From Podarcis erhardii (taxonomy: Eukaryota): a DNA stretch of 64,000 nucleotides. A program made the translations under genes and the position numbers. The notes beneath the pieces were generated by a model, which searched no databases, was not told the DNA's origin, and saw only the letters and a list, made by a program, of their open reading frames with translations. Numbering within the stretch: the stretch's first letter is position 1; every line of letters starts with the position of its first letter. Below are positions 23,709 to 36,226 of this stretch, piece after piece. Where the stretch lies: assembly GCA_964252035.1 (NCBI GenBank), contig OZ176209.1. One strand, written 5' to 3'.

Positions 23709-26024
23709 TATTTTTAATCGATGTGATTTGTCATTAGCTCCAAAACTGACAGTGTCATGAACAATTTTTCGGCAGGGAGGGAAGAGAGGTATCACAAACA
23801 GAAATGCGTTAAAATGTTCAAAGTTGTTTCCCGCAATGTTCCCAATTCTTCCTGAGGAAGGAAGGTTAGAGGTTTCTCAGGCAGTGTGTTGCTTTAAGGA
23901 AAAGAACAAACATGAACAGCTTAGAATTATCTTATGAGAGAAAAGGCACACAGCAAAAGGGAAGTTTAACTGCTCGTGAGAAGAGTCCAAATTGGTTATT
24001 GGGAGATATCACCAAGATTGTGCCCAGTCAGCATCCTCCCTGCATAAACCCCTCACACCCAAAATGCCCCAGTGCTGACAACCAGACCTGCCAGTTATTA
24101 CATCTAGACTGCACATCCTACAATGGTCTCAAAGTGTCCTGACTTCAATCAGGGGTTGTTTGGTTAAATTTTCCATAGGGGAACAGTTAGGGCCAAAGGC
24201 ACCACCCTGCGAAGCACCATTGCAACTTCAAACCACAGTTTATGAAGCTAGCTTCATTAAGATCAACCACAGTTTAGGGTTTGGATACCAGGATATACTG
24301 TGATTAGCTGAACTCGGAAGCACCAGCTCGTGGCTATGACAAGAGAAGGGAGTGTGTGATCCCAGTGGGAAGCTATGCTCCCTCCCATCATAATAATCCA
24401 TAGTTTAGCATGATGTCTGAATGGGTTAAGAAAGGAATCCAGGAATACATCAGAAAGATCGCTGACACACTCGGCAGAATTAGGGATGGTGCTCAGCAAG
24501 CCATCAGAACGCACAAGACAGACATAGAAAGAAATCAAACATGGCAGTGTTTGGGTGAGAGATTTTTAGACATTTTGTCTGAAATTGTTATTGGAGACGA
24601 AGGTGGCTTTCAAAAGATAACTGGCTTAAGTAAAAACATCAGATTATCTTGTAACACCTTATACAATTATTACAACATAAGCTTTCGTGGACCAGAGCAT
24701 CAGATGTCTATGAAAGACCTGATGCCATAATAAACGTGTTAATCATTAAAGGTGTGAAGAGTCTCTGCTGTTTTTACTGCGACTAACATTGATACCCCTC
24801 TTAAAGTTATTACAGTACACAAACTTTTTTTTCCAGTAAAGGGAACTTTGGCAATGTAGGGTGTTCTCTGATTTCCAAACCAAAGTGTGAAAAATAATGA
24901 GTACGTCTTTAAAAAAAGAACGTACATACTACCTTTCACTTTGAAAAGAAAGACCAATGCAGTTCAAATAAAATAACAATATCAAAATAAAATATCAGTC
25001 ATGTTAACCAGTAACTGGTATTAATGGTCAGGGAAATGCTGGGGTAAAGTACGTTTTCAAGTGTGGCTGGAAACATCCCATAGTAAGAGACTGCCGGATC
25101 ATTGCATAAGTTAGGACACAGCAGAGAGGAGATGCACATCTGCAGACAGTGGCACCCTAATTTTGGTGAGCAATTTTCAGACGGAATATGTTTAATTTGA
25201 CAGAGTTGAAAGTTAGTTCCTCCTTGGCTAGGTGACACTTTTCTAACCTAAACATTTCGAAAACTGGATGCACTTAGACATGCTCACCATAGAAATAATA
25301 TAAGCAAAGCTTGGCTGTTGAGACTGAATAGATAATACTAAAAATTTACTTATTCTGAGGAACAGAAATGGAGTCATAAGCAGAAACAACTAAGGAGTGG
25401 TTACTCATTTCTTCACAAAATTCCCCAGGAGTTTTTTCTCACACTCAAGCTCTACCTGCACAACAGAAAGGTAGGAGTTTTTAAAGTTATCAAGTTAATA
25501 TTGTGATAATCACTTTTATTTTATAATTGCTTAGAAGCTCCCTACTGTTTACTGGAGAGTGCAATAAAGGAATTTCAGTATCGCTAATAGTTTAAATCAT
25601 AGGTTATGTTTAAATCTAATTGTTTCATATTAGCTTGGTTTTGTTTTGTGGTGAGTGTCGCTACTTTCATTTAATTTGCTGAAATGCAAAAGTTGGACGA
25701 TTAAAAGTAAATTTTCAGCATCTGCAGACTGACAGAAGCAACGGTATGGTTAATTTATTTATCTTTTTCTAAAGTTGATGTATGTGAAAAGATTCTAAGG
25801 GAGCCCTTAATAATAGAACCCACTATTCTCACAGAAGAAGGAAAATAGTGTGGGGTTGTGACTGAATTCAGTTTTGGAGGGGAGAGCTGTGCACATGGGA
25901 AAGGCGAACAACCCAGAAGCTGTGGAACGGAATGTAAGAAAATGTTTGTCAAGAAAGCTCTGGCCTATGACTGAAATAGGTCTGAATGTTTGTTCTGAGG
26001 ATTCCACATGCTACACACTTGATA

Positions 26025-26368
26025 GGTAAAGGTACAGGGACCCCTGACCATTAGGTCCAGTCGTGGCCGACTCTGGGTTTGTGGTGCTCATCTCGCTTTA
26101 TTGGCGAAGGGAGCTGGCGTACAGCTTCTGGGTCATGTGGCCAGCATCACTAAGCCACTTCTGGCGAACCAGAGCATTGCATGGAAACGCCGTTTAACGT
26201 CCTGCCAGAGTGGTACCTATTTATCTACTTGCACTTTGATGTGCTTTCGAACTGCTAGGTTGGCAGGAGCAGGGACCGAGCAACGGGAGCTCACCCCTTT
26301 GCAGGGATTCAAACCGCCGACCTTCTGATCAGCAAGTCCTAGGCTCTGTGGTTTAACCCACAGCGCCA
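26025..26368 (-). mobile_element. Sauria SINE, full length
   Basis: High identity to the other copies in the window. Confidence 0.93.
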
Positions 26369-27350
26369 TCAGAAAACATGTACATAATAGTGGCATGTTT
26401 GCCAGGGAGCCAGGATAGGCGATGACCAGCATGAACTTGGGTTCTTTGGTGTAAAATTACATTTTGGAATCAAGAACTACCAAGAGATAATGAGAATAAA
26501 AAAATCCCCACAACAGAGTTTACACTTCAGTTAATGAACTAGACCTCATATTTCATTAGTTTATGTGCAACTGAGAAGGGATTTTTCAAGTTACTCCTAA
26601 CCTCCACTTTCCCCATAAGTGGGATCATTCTTGTTGTGTAAGCAAAGAAAGCCAGTCAGCCAAGGCAAAGATTGACCAGTAGATAAGGAAGGATAGAACA
26701 TGAATGTTGTTTAATTTTTCGTGATTATGCATCCTTCCGATTGCAGCCTCCACTCCTCAAATACTCTATGCTTTCTTTTGAAAGTGGGGGAAAAAAGTGA
26801 AATTACAGAATACCCCTAGAGCGGTAAGTAATTTATCCAGGATTTAAGCCTACAAAGCTAACCTTGACTCAGCTGAATACAAGCACAATAAATCTATTTG
26901 CCTTTCTCCCCCTGTGGTTTTGATTCTATTCTTTGGATTTCTTTTTCCTTCCCAGTCCATGAAAGAGGAGAGAATTACAAGATAGATGACATAATGCTTG
27001 ACATCTGGCGAGCTAGATTTGTACCTTAAAATGCCTGTACAGGTGTTAGCAAATCCTACCACAGAGGGTTCCATATTTATTAAAGCCTTCTGTTTTTATT
27101 CAGCCCTCCCTAGAGGAGCTGATAAACCACGGTTCAGAGTCAGTTTGAGTCTATTCTCTTCTCTATTGAGTGGCACAGCAGTAGTCTTCAAGTGTATAAT
27201 TTTCAAATTTGAAGCCAATCGATTGAAATCCTTTATCCCAACCTCACGCACAGTTATTAAATGAGTCTGGAAGAAAAGACCACTTTGCAACAACTATTTC
27301 TCACTTTTTCTCTCTCTCCCCACTTCTTTTATTCCAGCCTTTTTACTCAC

Positions 27351-27487
27351 CAAACAAGAATAGGAATCATTCAATCGGTGATCCAAGGTCTTACTCTGAA
27401 GTACTCTAAAGAGTGCAGCATGGTCAAACTTGCAAGGATTAGCAGAAATAAACTCATCCATGCCCTGTTTCTGAGCGCGATCTGCAT
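27351..27487 (-). CDS. CADPS2: CADPS2 internal coding exon (137 nt): (N)[45 protein letters not shown]
   Basis: Acceptor tgatcAG, donor GTGAGT; phase 1 to 0. CAPS-family peptide, absent from the ORF track because it is short. Confidence 0.96.
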
Positions 27488-30097
27488 CTGATCATAGGGA
27501 GGAAAATGAATGTATGGATGTAGATTATTCCGCTTTAAGGACAGGCTTTAAATTTAATTCAGTAACAGCCTCATTCAAGTTTCATCTGCTCTTTCATGCC
27601 TCGCCAAACCCCTCCTGGATAAATACCTATCACAATAAAATCTAAGCAAACGGCAATGGTTTAAACATAGCAATGGATAAACAGGCAGCAGACAGCCCCC
27701 TTTTCATATAGTATGAACATTACCCCCACATAGACTTGAGACAGACTTAACAATCCATTCTGATATTTTTCAGAAAGGATGTCTACTCTAACTGCTTCTA
27801 GAAAGCTTGTAAAATATTGGAACAACAGACTTTCTTTCTGGAGTGCCTATTTTCACAAGGTAGTAAGTGCAACAGAGATCTTGTACATTAAAAAACCCCT
27901 CACTCTATAAAGTTTTGAGGAGGCCTCAGCTTATGGGCATTACAAAGATGCTCATCAAAGACCAAAGTAGCAAGCAAACATGGCTTCAAGGCCATTTCTC
28001 AAATGGCAAACTGGAGCAGAAATGAACACACAGGCTTGAACGAGGTCATTTCCAGCCTTTTCCTCTTTACATGCGGCTTTTAATGAAACAAATATAATGC
28101 AGTAATGGGAAAGAGTGCCTTCAACCTTCCAGGATTGAGTAACAAAACAGGGAGCAATTTTTGTGTGTGTAAATTATAGACAACGTACCATCTTAAATGG
28201 CATTTCAACCAGAGATCCGGACTTATTGTTGCTCACAGATTGCGTCTTTCAACGCCTTTGAACCCCGCGGGTTTGTCAAAAGACAAGCTCTGGTGATTGC
28301 ATTCATTAATGGTATGTTTTGTCAAAATCCTGAATGCGAGTTGTCCACCAAGTATGGACGGAAAAAGCCTTACAGTGACCAAAAGGACTAGTTATGCATT
28401 AGCACATTAGCTCACTTGGATTCCATAGACAACATTGGGGGTGAATAGTTTGCTATCAACTCAAAAATTGACTTAACCCTTACAATAAGGTCTCCGCTCC
28501 CTCTTTGTTCGTTTAATTTCAAATATGGGTCTTTTTATGTTCGTTACTGGAAAAGATGCATCCTAAATGTACTTTTGACAAAACTGCATAGTACAAACCT
28601 AAAATTTCTATAGAAAAGGAGACAAAAGTTTATTGATTAAACCCAATTATAGAATTGGGTTCATAATAAAACTCCATATTGATCTGTGGGCATGATGCTA
28701 ACATAATCAGTCACATTTAGAAATTTAGCCCCAGATCATATTGATCCATGTCAAGTCCAACTTTCAGCTGTATTTGCAGATGGAAGAATTATTTAATTCA
28801 AGCTGAAGGATCTGCAGTATCACGTCCTGAAAAGATGCACAAACTAATTCATATCACTTGGCTCTGCATTGTCAAAGCAAGAGTCACATCCATGTGACAG
28901 ATTTCACCAAGGTGGATATAGCAAATAAACAGTGTGACAGTACATTGATGATTTAAGGTACGAGATGATCATCTGCAGAAACAGTAGTATATTTTTCCAG
29001 CGTTTACGAAGCAACACCATGAATGATTAAACACCCTTTAAGCTGCAATCCTGTGCACAGTTAAATCCCATTGAAGTCATAACATGAACGTACAGATAAG
29101 TGAAAGGTAGATTACACCCCAAAGGGATCACCACTAGTTCAAGGGCAAACAGAGTTCACTTTGTATATAATTTACATGTCTTAACCAACAATAGATAATA
29201 TCAAAACACCAAAACAAAATGGGAATTGGTCTTAAATTGCATGGCATTTTATTTCCTGAAATCACATGGCACTAATGAAACCTTTCGAACAGCTCATTAC
29301 TAAAACTCTCCTCATTTTCAAACAATACTAAGAAGGATTTTTTTTTTTTTACAATTCTTAGTATTGTTCATTGCATAAAATTAAGCAACTATTATCCGAT
29401 GGCTCAGAAAAGGATGGTTTTGTCTTTTGTTTCTCATGCATAAGAGCTCAAGACAGAAATTTCCAAAGCATTCGTAGCCTTGGTCTTTCAATACCATTCT
29501 TTTCATTATATAGTCTTTCAAAAACAGAAAAATGAAAATTAGTTTATGTATCTTTTTGGAAATGTATTGATGCAGCACAATGAAGGCATCAACTCCTTGT
29601 TAATATGGTCCCCTGCATATGTAATGCAGTTACATCAACCTAAATTGATTCCACGTTGTTGTGGCAGCCTATGACTAATACGATAAAATGAGGTTAAGCT
29701 GAATAAATATAGCAAGAATAAATATAATAGGAATCATTTCCTAAGGAGAAGAAAAAGCACCCAATCCACAGTCAGGGGTCACAATGGGCATTGTTCAACA
29801 AAAGCCATAACTTGCATGGTGTCTGTATGTTTTTATGATAGATAACAGACTATTTTTTTAATAACCCACTTTTTATTTCTCTCAGTGGTCTTGGTGATGG
29901 AAATGGAGCAGAGGATCACCCACCAAAATAATCCCATCAGCTGCTGACACTCTTAACAATGGAAAACCAGCAAGAGTGAGAGGGGCTGTCTGCTTGACTC
30001 TACCACAGGCAAACTTGGCCCTCCAGATGTTTTGAGACTACAGTTCCTATCACCCCTGACCACTGGCCGAGTTGCCTATGCCTGCTCTACCATCCCT

Positions 30098-30886
30098 TGT
30101 AATAAACCATGAAGTAGCAGCTTGGACTGAAAGATGAGTGAGCGTAGAAGGTAACTTTATGAGATATCAACCACTGACAGGGATCCTGGAGGTCAATAAC
30201 TGCTAAGTGATACCTTTGGTTCTTGCAATACCAGGCGTTTGGCTACTGTACTGCACTCCCGGGTGTGAATGACTCTTCCCATAATTTTATCCCAGAAGAC
30301 CACAGCCAGGATCAAAACCCTTTTATGCTACACCTGCAGAATCTTAACAATGTCACTATACAGAGCCCCTTTGGTCCCGATCTCTATGGCTGGCTACATA
30401 AGGGAATGGAAGCAAAAGGGGAAATTTGTCAAGGACTGCCAGGCATCAGGGAATCTGATCCCTCCATGGTAGGCTGCCAGGAATACAGACAAGGAAGCTC
30501 TTACCAATGTCTTTCATTCAATATTCACACAGAGAGGCTTAGAAATGCAGCCACTTGGAGTACTGGCATTGCCACCCCCTTCTCTCCTCAATCAACAGCA
30601 CCACCACCCACCTTACGGTGGCTGCTGAGGGCCATTTGCCTACGAGCCCTTACTTTCAATGCTTGCCGGGTTCTGGGAGAAAAGGGTATGTCAGCCAGCT
30701 GCTCTGGCTCTGCCTCCTCCTCCTCCCCCATTATTTCCCAACTTTGCTCTTCATCTACCTCTGAGCCGTGACTTCCTCAAGCCACTGTTGTAAATCTATA
30801 CTGTCTTCCTCTTCTCTGGAAAGTTCAGGAGGGGGAGACGGTCTCCACTATTCCTCCTCTGCCAAGTCCCTGACACGGACATGACA
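30098..30886 (-). mobile_element. Solo-LTR-like element (TGT...ACA), related to 34347-34808 and 63404-63994
   Basis: TG..CA ends and a shared purine-rich 'gaggaggaa.ggtggag..tctcccagaacc' architecture. No TSD found. Confidence 0.45.
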
Positions 30887-30968
30887 AGGGTCCCATCACA
30901 AACATATCTCCTGTCTTTTCCACTGACTGTATCGTTAAGGATGTGAGTTAATGGAGAAAGAGGCCTAT

Positions 30969-31401
30969 TGTCATGGTTCCAGTTCATGGGCGGTCAAGGT
31001 CCTGGCTGGGAACGTCAGGACCGGGGGCAAGATGGCAGGGTGGGAGCAGGAACAGGGGTCCAGAAGCCAGGAGTCAGGAAGCCAAGATTCCGAGGGTCAG
31101 AGTGCCGGGAGTCATGAAGCCAAGGGTCTGAGGATCAAGAAGGAAGGAGTCAAGAAGTCAAAAGTCCAAGGAGCAAAGGAACCAAACGCAGCAAGGCAGG
31201 AAGCGTGTTGCTGTGGCAAAGAGCCAAAGGGAAATGCTGACCTTATATCCCTTCCTGGCTCTTGCCACCAGGTGCTGTTAGGTTACCAATCGGCCTCACC
31301 TGTGAGGCCACGCCTTGCCTATTCAGAACAAACTTAGGAAGGCCCCAGTCCTGCAAAGACCTACTAGTCACAGGGCCTGGCTCCTGCACGCACTCCTGAC
31401 A
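30969..31401 (-). mobile_element. Solo LTR (Ty3/Gypsy-type), 433 bp
   Basis: TGTCA...TGACA termini, perfect 5-bp TSD CCTAT (30964-30968 and 31402-31406), TATAAG on the minus strand at 31247-31242. Confidence 0.85.
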
Positions 31402-31579
31402 CCTATCGTCCAATCCCAAGGAGCATTGCTTTTCCATTTCAAATTTATTGTCACCATTACAATCCCCAAAAGAAAGGAGGTCATCTTAGATGGACACTAG
31501 GACAAGGGAGCTGTTGTGGATGGAATGGCAGCTCTTGCTTTCCTCTCTGGTTCTCTCCCTGGCAAAAGGGTTATTTGCA

Positions 31580-31980
31580 ATCATAGAACTGTAGAGTTGG
31601 AAGGGGAACCAAGGATCATCTAGTCCAACCCTCTGCAATCTCAACTAAGGCATCCATTACAGGTGGCCATCCAACTTCTGCTTAAAAACCTCCAAGGAAG
31701 GAAGGACAGTCCACCAACCTCCAAGGGAGCCTTGTTCCACTGCTGAACAGCTCTTACTATCAGAAAGTTCTTCCTGATGTTGAATCAGAATTTCCTTCCT
31801 TGCAACTTGAATCCATTGGTTTGGGTCCTAGCCTCCAGAGCAGGAGAAAACAAACCCCACATGGAAGCCCTTTAGATGTCATTATCTCCTCTCAGTCGCC
31901 TCTTTAACTGGCTAAACATACTCCATTCCCTCAAACACTCCTCATAAGGCTTAGTTTCCAGACCCTCAATCATCCTCAGA
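31580..31980 (-). mobile_element. CR1 LINE 3' fragment
   Basis: MIEGLETKPYEECLREWSMFSQLKRRLRGD and the CR1 3' tail (atcatagaactgtagagttggaaggg). Confidence 0.85.
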
Positions 31981-32356
31981 TGCAGTTCTGGCTGGGAGCT
32001 TTTTGCCATCGCTTCAGCCGCTGCCTTTGTGCACATGTTGCACAGCTGCTGAGCAATGCAAAGTCCCAGATCAAAAATATGCATTACAATATAGAACCAA
32101 TATGGGGAAAAAAACCAACCACAACCCTCACCACAACACTTTTTTTATTTATTTAAGGAAATACGGTTTCCATGGAAATCTGCATTTGAACTCTAAAAAT
32201 ATCAGCTGTACATTTTCAAAGGTAACGCAAGCGTGGTAATGAGCAGCAATCAGGCATTTCATGACACAAGCTGTCGGGAAAAATCAAGTTCTAATACTGA
32301 TTAATGACAGTAATGAAGTCCTAAAAGTAAAAAACAAAAAACAAAAAACAACTTAC

Positions 32357-32560
32357 TCTGCAACAAGACATCTGCCTGCATGTTGCTTCCTTTTGGGTTC
32401 ATCTTCTGGGCTTGGCTTGCAGGAATGGGCTTATAGGACTGTCCTGTGGCTCTATACATTGCCTGAACCCAGAGGATTCTATCTTGCTCGTCGTCACTGG
32501 CAAATATCACCGTGTCGCCTTCTTTGACTGCATTAAAGAACATCTGACCACCCTGGAGAC
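32357..32560 (-). CDS. CADPS2: CADPS2 internal coding exon (204 nt): (G)[67 protein letters not shown]
   Basis: Acceptor ttttgcAG, donor GTAAGT; phase 1 to 1. Overlaps ORF 32301..32543(-); end of the CAPS PH domain. Confidence 0.97.
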
Positions 32561-32833
32561 CTGCAAAATCAATCCGTCATAGTCTCCGATTCCAATATGA
32601 CTTTCATTCCAATATGATCAAGGTTGGAACATAAAAAGGAACCAGGCCACAGAACGCCACAAATATTTGCTACTTAGGGGCTTTACAGAAAGCTTCTCCT
32701 GCCTGCCCCTTTTTCTGCGACCCTTAGCTAGTTTTACTTTGCAATTGAAGAATTTTTGTTTTTGTTTAGCTACATGAGATAATTTGCAAGAACAGTTGAA
32801 TAAATAACGAATAAGCATCACACAGCAAAATAC

Positions 32834-32942
32834 CTGCATGAGGCGCTGTGTAGTCCACAGTGTATCCTTCGAGCTGCATTAACTCCTGGGGCTCAGATTT
32901 CTTCTCTCTGTAGCTGCACATTGCAAATGTGTACTGGCTAAC
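32834..32942 (-). CDS. CADPS2: CADPS2 internal coding exon (109 nt): [36 protein letters not shown](G)
   Basis: Acceptor ctttttaaactcAG, donor GTattt; phase 0 to 1. [12 protein letters not shown] is the CADPS2-type sequence. Confidence 0.97.
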
Positions 32943-33117
32943 CTGAGTTTAAAAAGAAGTTGGATTGGATACAGTTCATTACGTCATATTGCACTGCAAC
33001 TTGCAGAAGACTGGTAAGATACAACAACCAACTCCTTGGTGTGTTGCAGATAAGCTACCCACTGCTTATCTAGTTACAAATCACTTTTCACATAGCTGAG
33101 AAGGAATAGACTCTTCC

Positions 33118-33440
33118 AATTGTAGAGTTGGAAGGGACCCCAATGGTCATCTAGTCCAATCCCCTGCAATGCAGGAATCTCAACCAAAGCTTCCATGACA
33201 GATGGCCATCCAACCTCTGCTTAAAAACCTCCAAGGAAGGAGAGTCCACCACCTCTCGGAGTCTGTTCCACTGTCAAACGGATGTCAGAAAGGCTCCCCC
33301 CCCCAACATTTAGTTGGAATCTCCCTTCTTGCAACTTGAATCCATTGGCTTGGGTCCTAGCCCCTGGAGCAGAAGAAAACAAGCTTTCTCCATCCTTCTT
33401 GTGACAGTCCTTGAAATATTTGAAGATGGCTATCATGAAG
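33118..33440 (-). mobile_element. CR1 LINE 3' fragment
   Basis: MIAIFKYFKDCHKKDGESLFSSAPGARTQANGFKLQEGRFQLN, the CR1 ORF2 end. Confidence 0.88.
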
Positions 33441-33845
33441 ATGTCCTATTACTTTCACACGGACAGCCTGAAATGGACTAAACGCATCAGAGCAAAGCTA
33501 CGTTTAGTCTTTCAATGACAAATACATTTTGGCCCTGCGGATAATAGATCATGCTACCAATCTCTTTGTAATATTAAGACTGTAGTGAATTGATTTCATT
33601 TTATAAATAAAAAGGATTAATTTTGAATGAGCCGAAGCAATATTGAAAGAAATACCCATTTTTTTAAATGACAAAAATTGGGCCACTCTGATCTGTGAGA
33701 TGGTCACCTGTGTTGTCCTTCTCTTTCTGCTAACATGTGCCGCATTAACTGTTTCTTGTCTTTGGGGAGGTGGACTTCTCATTTTATCTGGTGGGGTGGG
33801 GTGAACTGAGAGAGGATATTTATTTGCCAGGTATGGCAAGCAAAG

Positions 33846-34193
33846 GGGACGCGGCTGGCACTGTGGGTTAAACCACAGAGCCTAGGACTTCCTGATCAGA
33901 AGGTCGGCGGTTCGAATCCCCGCAACGGGGTGAGCTCCTGCTGCTCAGTCCCTGCTCCTGCCAACTTAGCAGTTCAAAAGCATGAAGTGCGAGTAGATAA
34001 ATAGGTACCGCTCTGGCGGGAAGGTAAACGGCATTTCCGTGTGCTGCTCTGGTTCGCCAGAAGCGGCTTAGTCATGCTGGGCACATGACCTGGAAGTTGT
34101 ACGCCGGCTCCCTCAGCCAATAAAGTGAGATGAGCACCGCAACCCCAGAGTCAGTCACGACTGGACCTAATGGTCAGGGGTCCCTTTACCTTT
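33846..34193 (+). mobile_element. Sauria SINE, full length
   Basis: Head gggacgcggctggcactgtggg, tail ggggtccctttaccttt; TSD of about 12 bp (tatggcaagcaa). Confidence 0.94.
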
Positions 34194-34346
34194 ATGGCAA
34201 GCAAGTGACTTATCACCATTAGCTATGAGGGGGTGGGTTGAGGCTGAGAGAAAAAGGGTGTTCCTCTGTGAAAAGCTAAGAAAAATAAGTGTGGAAAGAA
34301 CTACAACTACCACCACCTACAGAACATCAACTTTGGAAAACGATCA

Positions 34347-34808
34347 TGTCACAGGAGTGTGCTGGTCAGTAATCACACAGCTCAAAGTTGGAGTTAACTC
34401 TTCATTAGCAAAAATGCGATCTCTACAGACTTGGCTGAGCGTCAGCAGCTCATTCCTGGTGGTATTACTTTGTGAAAATCAGTTGCTAAGACTGAAAGTC
34501 CCCACCTCCTCACAGAAGTCTAAGTCTTCTCCTCTCCAGGGCTTTTCCTGGAGACAGTGCCTTCATGCATCCAACCTCTCCTTCGCCCTTTTCACCCCTC
34601 TTCTGGTTCTGGGAGAGGAGAGCTTGTCTCAGCAAGAGGGGAAAACACCTATGACTCTCCACCAGCCTGACTCATCACTTGACCTCACGCACCTGATTCA
34701 GCTTCTCCCTCTGATTCTTGACTTCTCTCAGACTCTCCCACGTCTTCCCTGTGTGGTTCCTCAGCTGGTTCCTCCCACCACTCCTCTGCGTCCAACCAAT
34801 CCATGACA
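34347..34808 (-). mobile_element. Solo-LTR-like element
   Basis: TGTCA..TGACA termini and an AATAAA-like aatgaagagttaact near the minus-strand 3' end. No TSD found. Confidence 0.55.
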
Positions 34809-35958
34809 AATGTTGAGTTGCAGCTCAGATCACCATTCCATGTACCCCCACCCATAAACCCTTTCTAGATTGTGCTGCTTTCCACTACATATGAAGCTGC
34901 CAAGCAGGAGAGAAGTCCTTTAGGCAGGAATGCCAGGAGTTGAACCTGGAACCTTATCCTTACAAAGCATGTGCTTCATTACAGATATGCCAGGGCAAAA
35001 CATGCCTCCTGAACATACAGACTGACTTTGTGCATTTTCCCAGCAATCAGGAAATGCAACTAGGAAATTATGGGGCCTCCAGTCTTGTGTATTTGCTGAG
35101 AAAACCAGCTGTTGCATCATCTGCCGGGTAGAAGACTTAAAATGGAAAGTGATTCTCATTATCAGGCAAGAGGTTGCTGAGCTAATTCAACAGTCTGGTG
35201 CTACCTGATGCATGTCGCTTTTCTTAGTTCCCTTAATGGTGTTATTCACTATGCAGCCCAACAGTTCATCAACCTCTTGATAAATGCTGCTGCACGGAGG
35301 TGAAATAAAAAATGTTCCGATTTTGTACAACTCCTGAAGTGTCAACAGTGCAAGAGATATGAAAGCAGAAACAAAATGCCCATCACTTTGTATTGTTTCC
35401 TGGAGTCCTTCTGCATCTGCCCTATTCATGCAGCAGAATGAAGTGGTGGAACAGACTTGCGCACTTCAGATCTGACTGCAGGTGGAGGAAAGCAGCATGA
35501 GCAGCTGAGTGCGCGAGGGGGCATGTGGCGATGCAAGGGCAGGTCTTTCATGGAGACAAGACGGTCCTTTCCGGAGACAACCTCAGAATCAGAAAGCAGA
35601 AGGAACATGGTTCAAAACAAAAGCGAAAGCCAGATTATTGGTGTGTGTGGGTGTAGTTAATCAACTTCAGCCCCAAACTGCTTAAAGTATTTTGGAGGGA
35701 AGCATGGGCTGGCTGGCTAGCACCCTAAACAGGATCCTTCCTGCTAGGGGGGCTGGGGAAATATTGGAAGGTTTTGTTCCAGAACCCACTTGTAGCAACT
35801 GGAATTTGTGTTGTGGACAGAGGCACCGGCTTGTGAGGGCGATGTGACATTGATGCCCCGTGCGGTCTGTCAAGAGGAGGCAGGGGCGGAGCTGAATGCT
35901 GCAGCTGTGCAGCTTCAACGGTGGGCAATTCCTTCTGACGCCATCACTGGTGGGAGAG

Positions 35959-36174
35959 GGCAGAGGGCCTTGTCAGTAGTGGAGCCCACCCTTTGGAACA
36001 CCCTCCCAGCAGATGTCAAGGATATAAACAACTATCTGACTTTTAGAAGACATCTGAAGGCAGCCCTGTTTAGGGAAGTTTTTAATGTTTGATGTTTTAT
36101 CATGTTTTTAATATTCTGTTGGGAGCTACCGAGAGTGGCTGGGTAGGCCCAGCCAGGTGGGTGGGGTATAAATG

Positions 36175-36225
<51 letters not shown>
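35959..36225 (+). mobile_element. L2 LINE 3' fragment with (ATT)n tail
   Basis: RALSVVEPTLWNTLPADVKDINNYLTFRRHLKAALFREVFNV. Confidence 0.88.

Positions 36226-36226
<1 letters not shown>

Noticed and set aside
24410-24730. 106-aa plus-strand ORF (MMSEWVKKGIQEYIRKIADTLGR...) that looks protein-like
   Set aside because: I recognise no family, splice structure or promoter. A BLASTP/HMM search would be needed, and a hit to a viral or host protein would overturn this.
27627-27641. Alternative 15-nt frame-preserving micro-exon candidate (AG|ATTTTATTGTGATAG|GTATTT)
   Set aside because: Short pyrimidine tract and a hydrophobic insert unlike the known variant; weaker than the 28599-28607 candidate.
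29712-29741. Minus-strand acceptor followed by AATGATTCCTATT, resembling the end of the 27351-27487 exon (NDSY..SC)
   Set aside because: The match is only 13 bp in AT-rich sequence, a stop follows quickly and there is no donor; not enough to call a duplicated exon.
30223-30771. Long ORFs of 182 aa here and 193 aa at 34225-34806
   Set aside because: They lie antisense within LTR-like repeats whose biased composition suppresses stop codons; no domain motifs.
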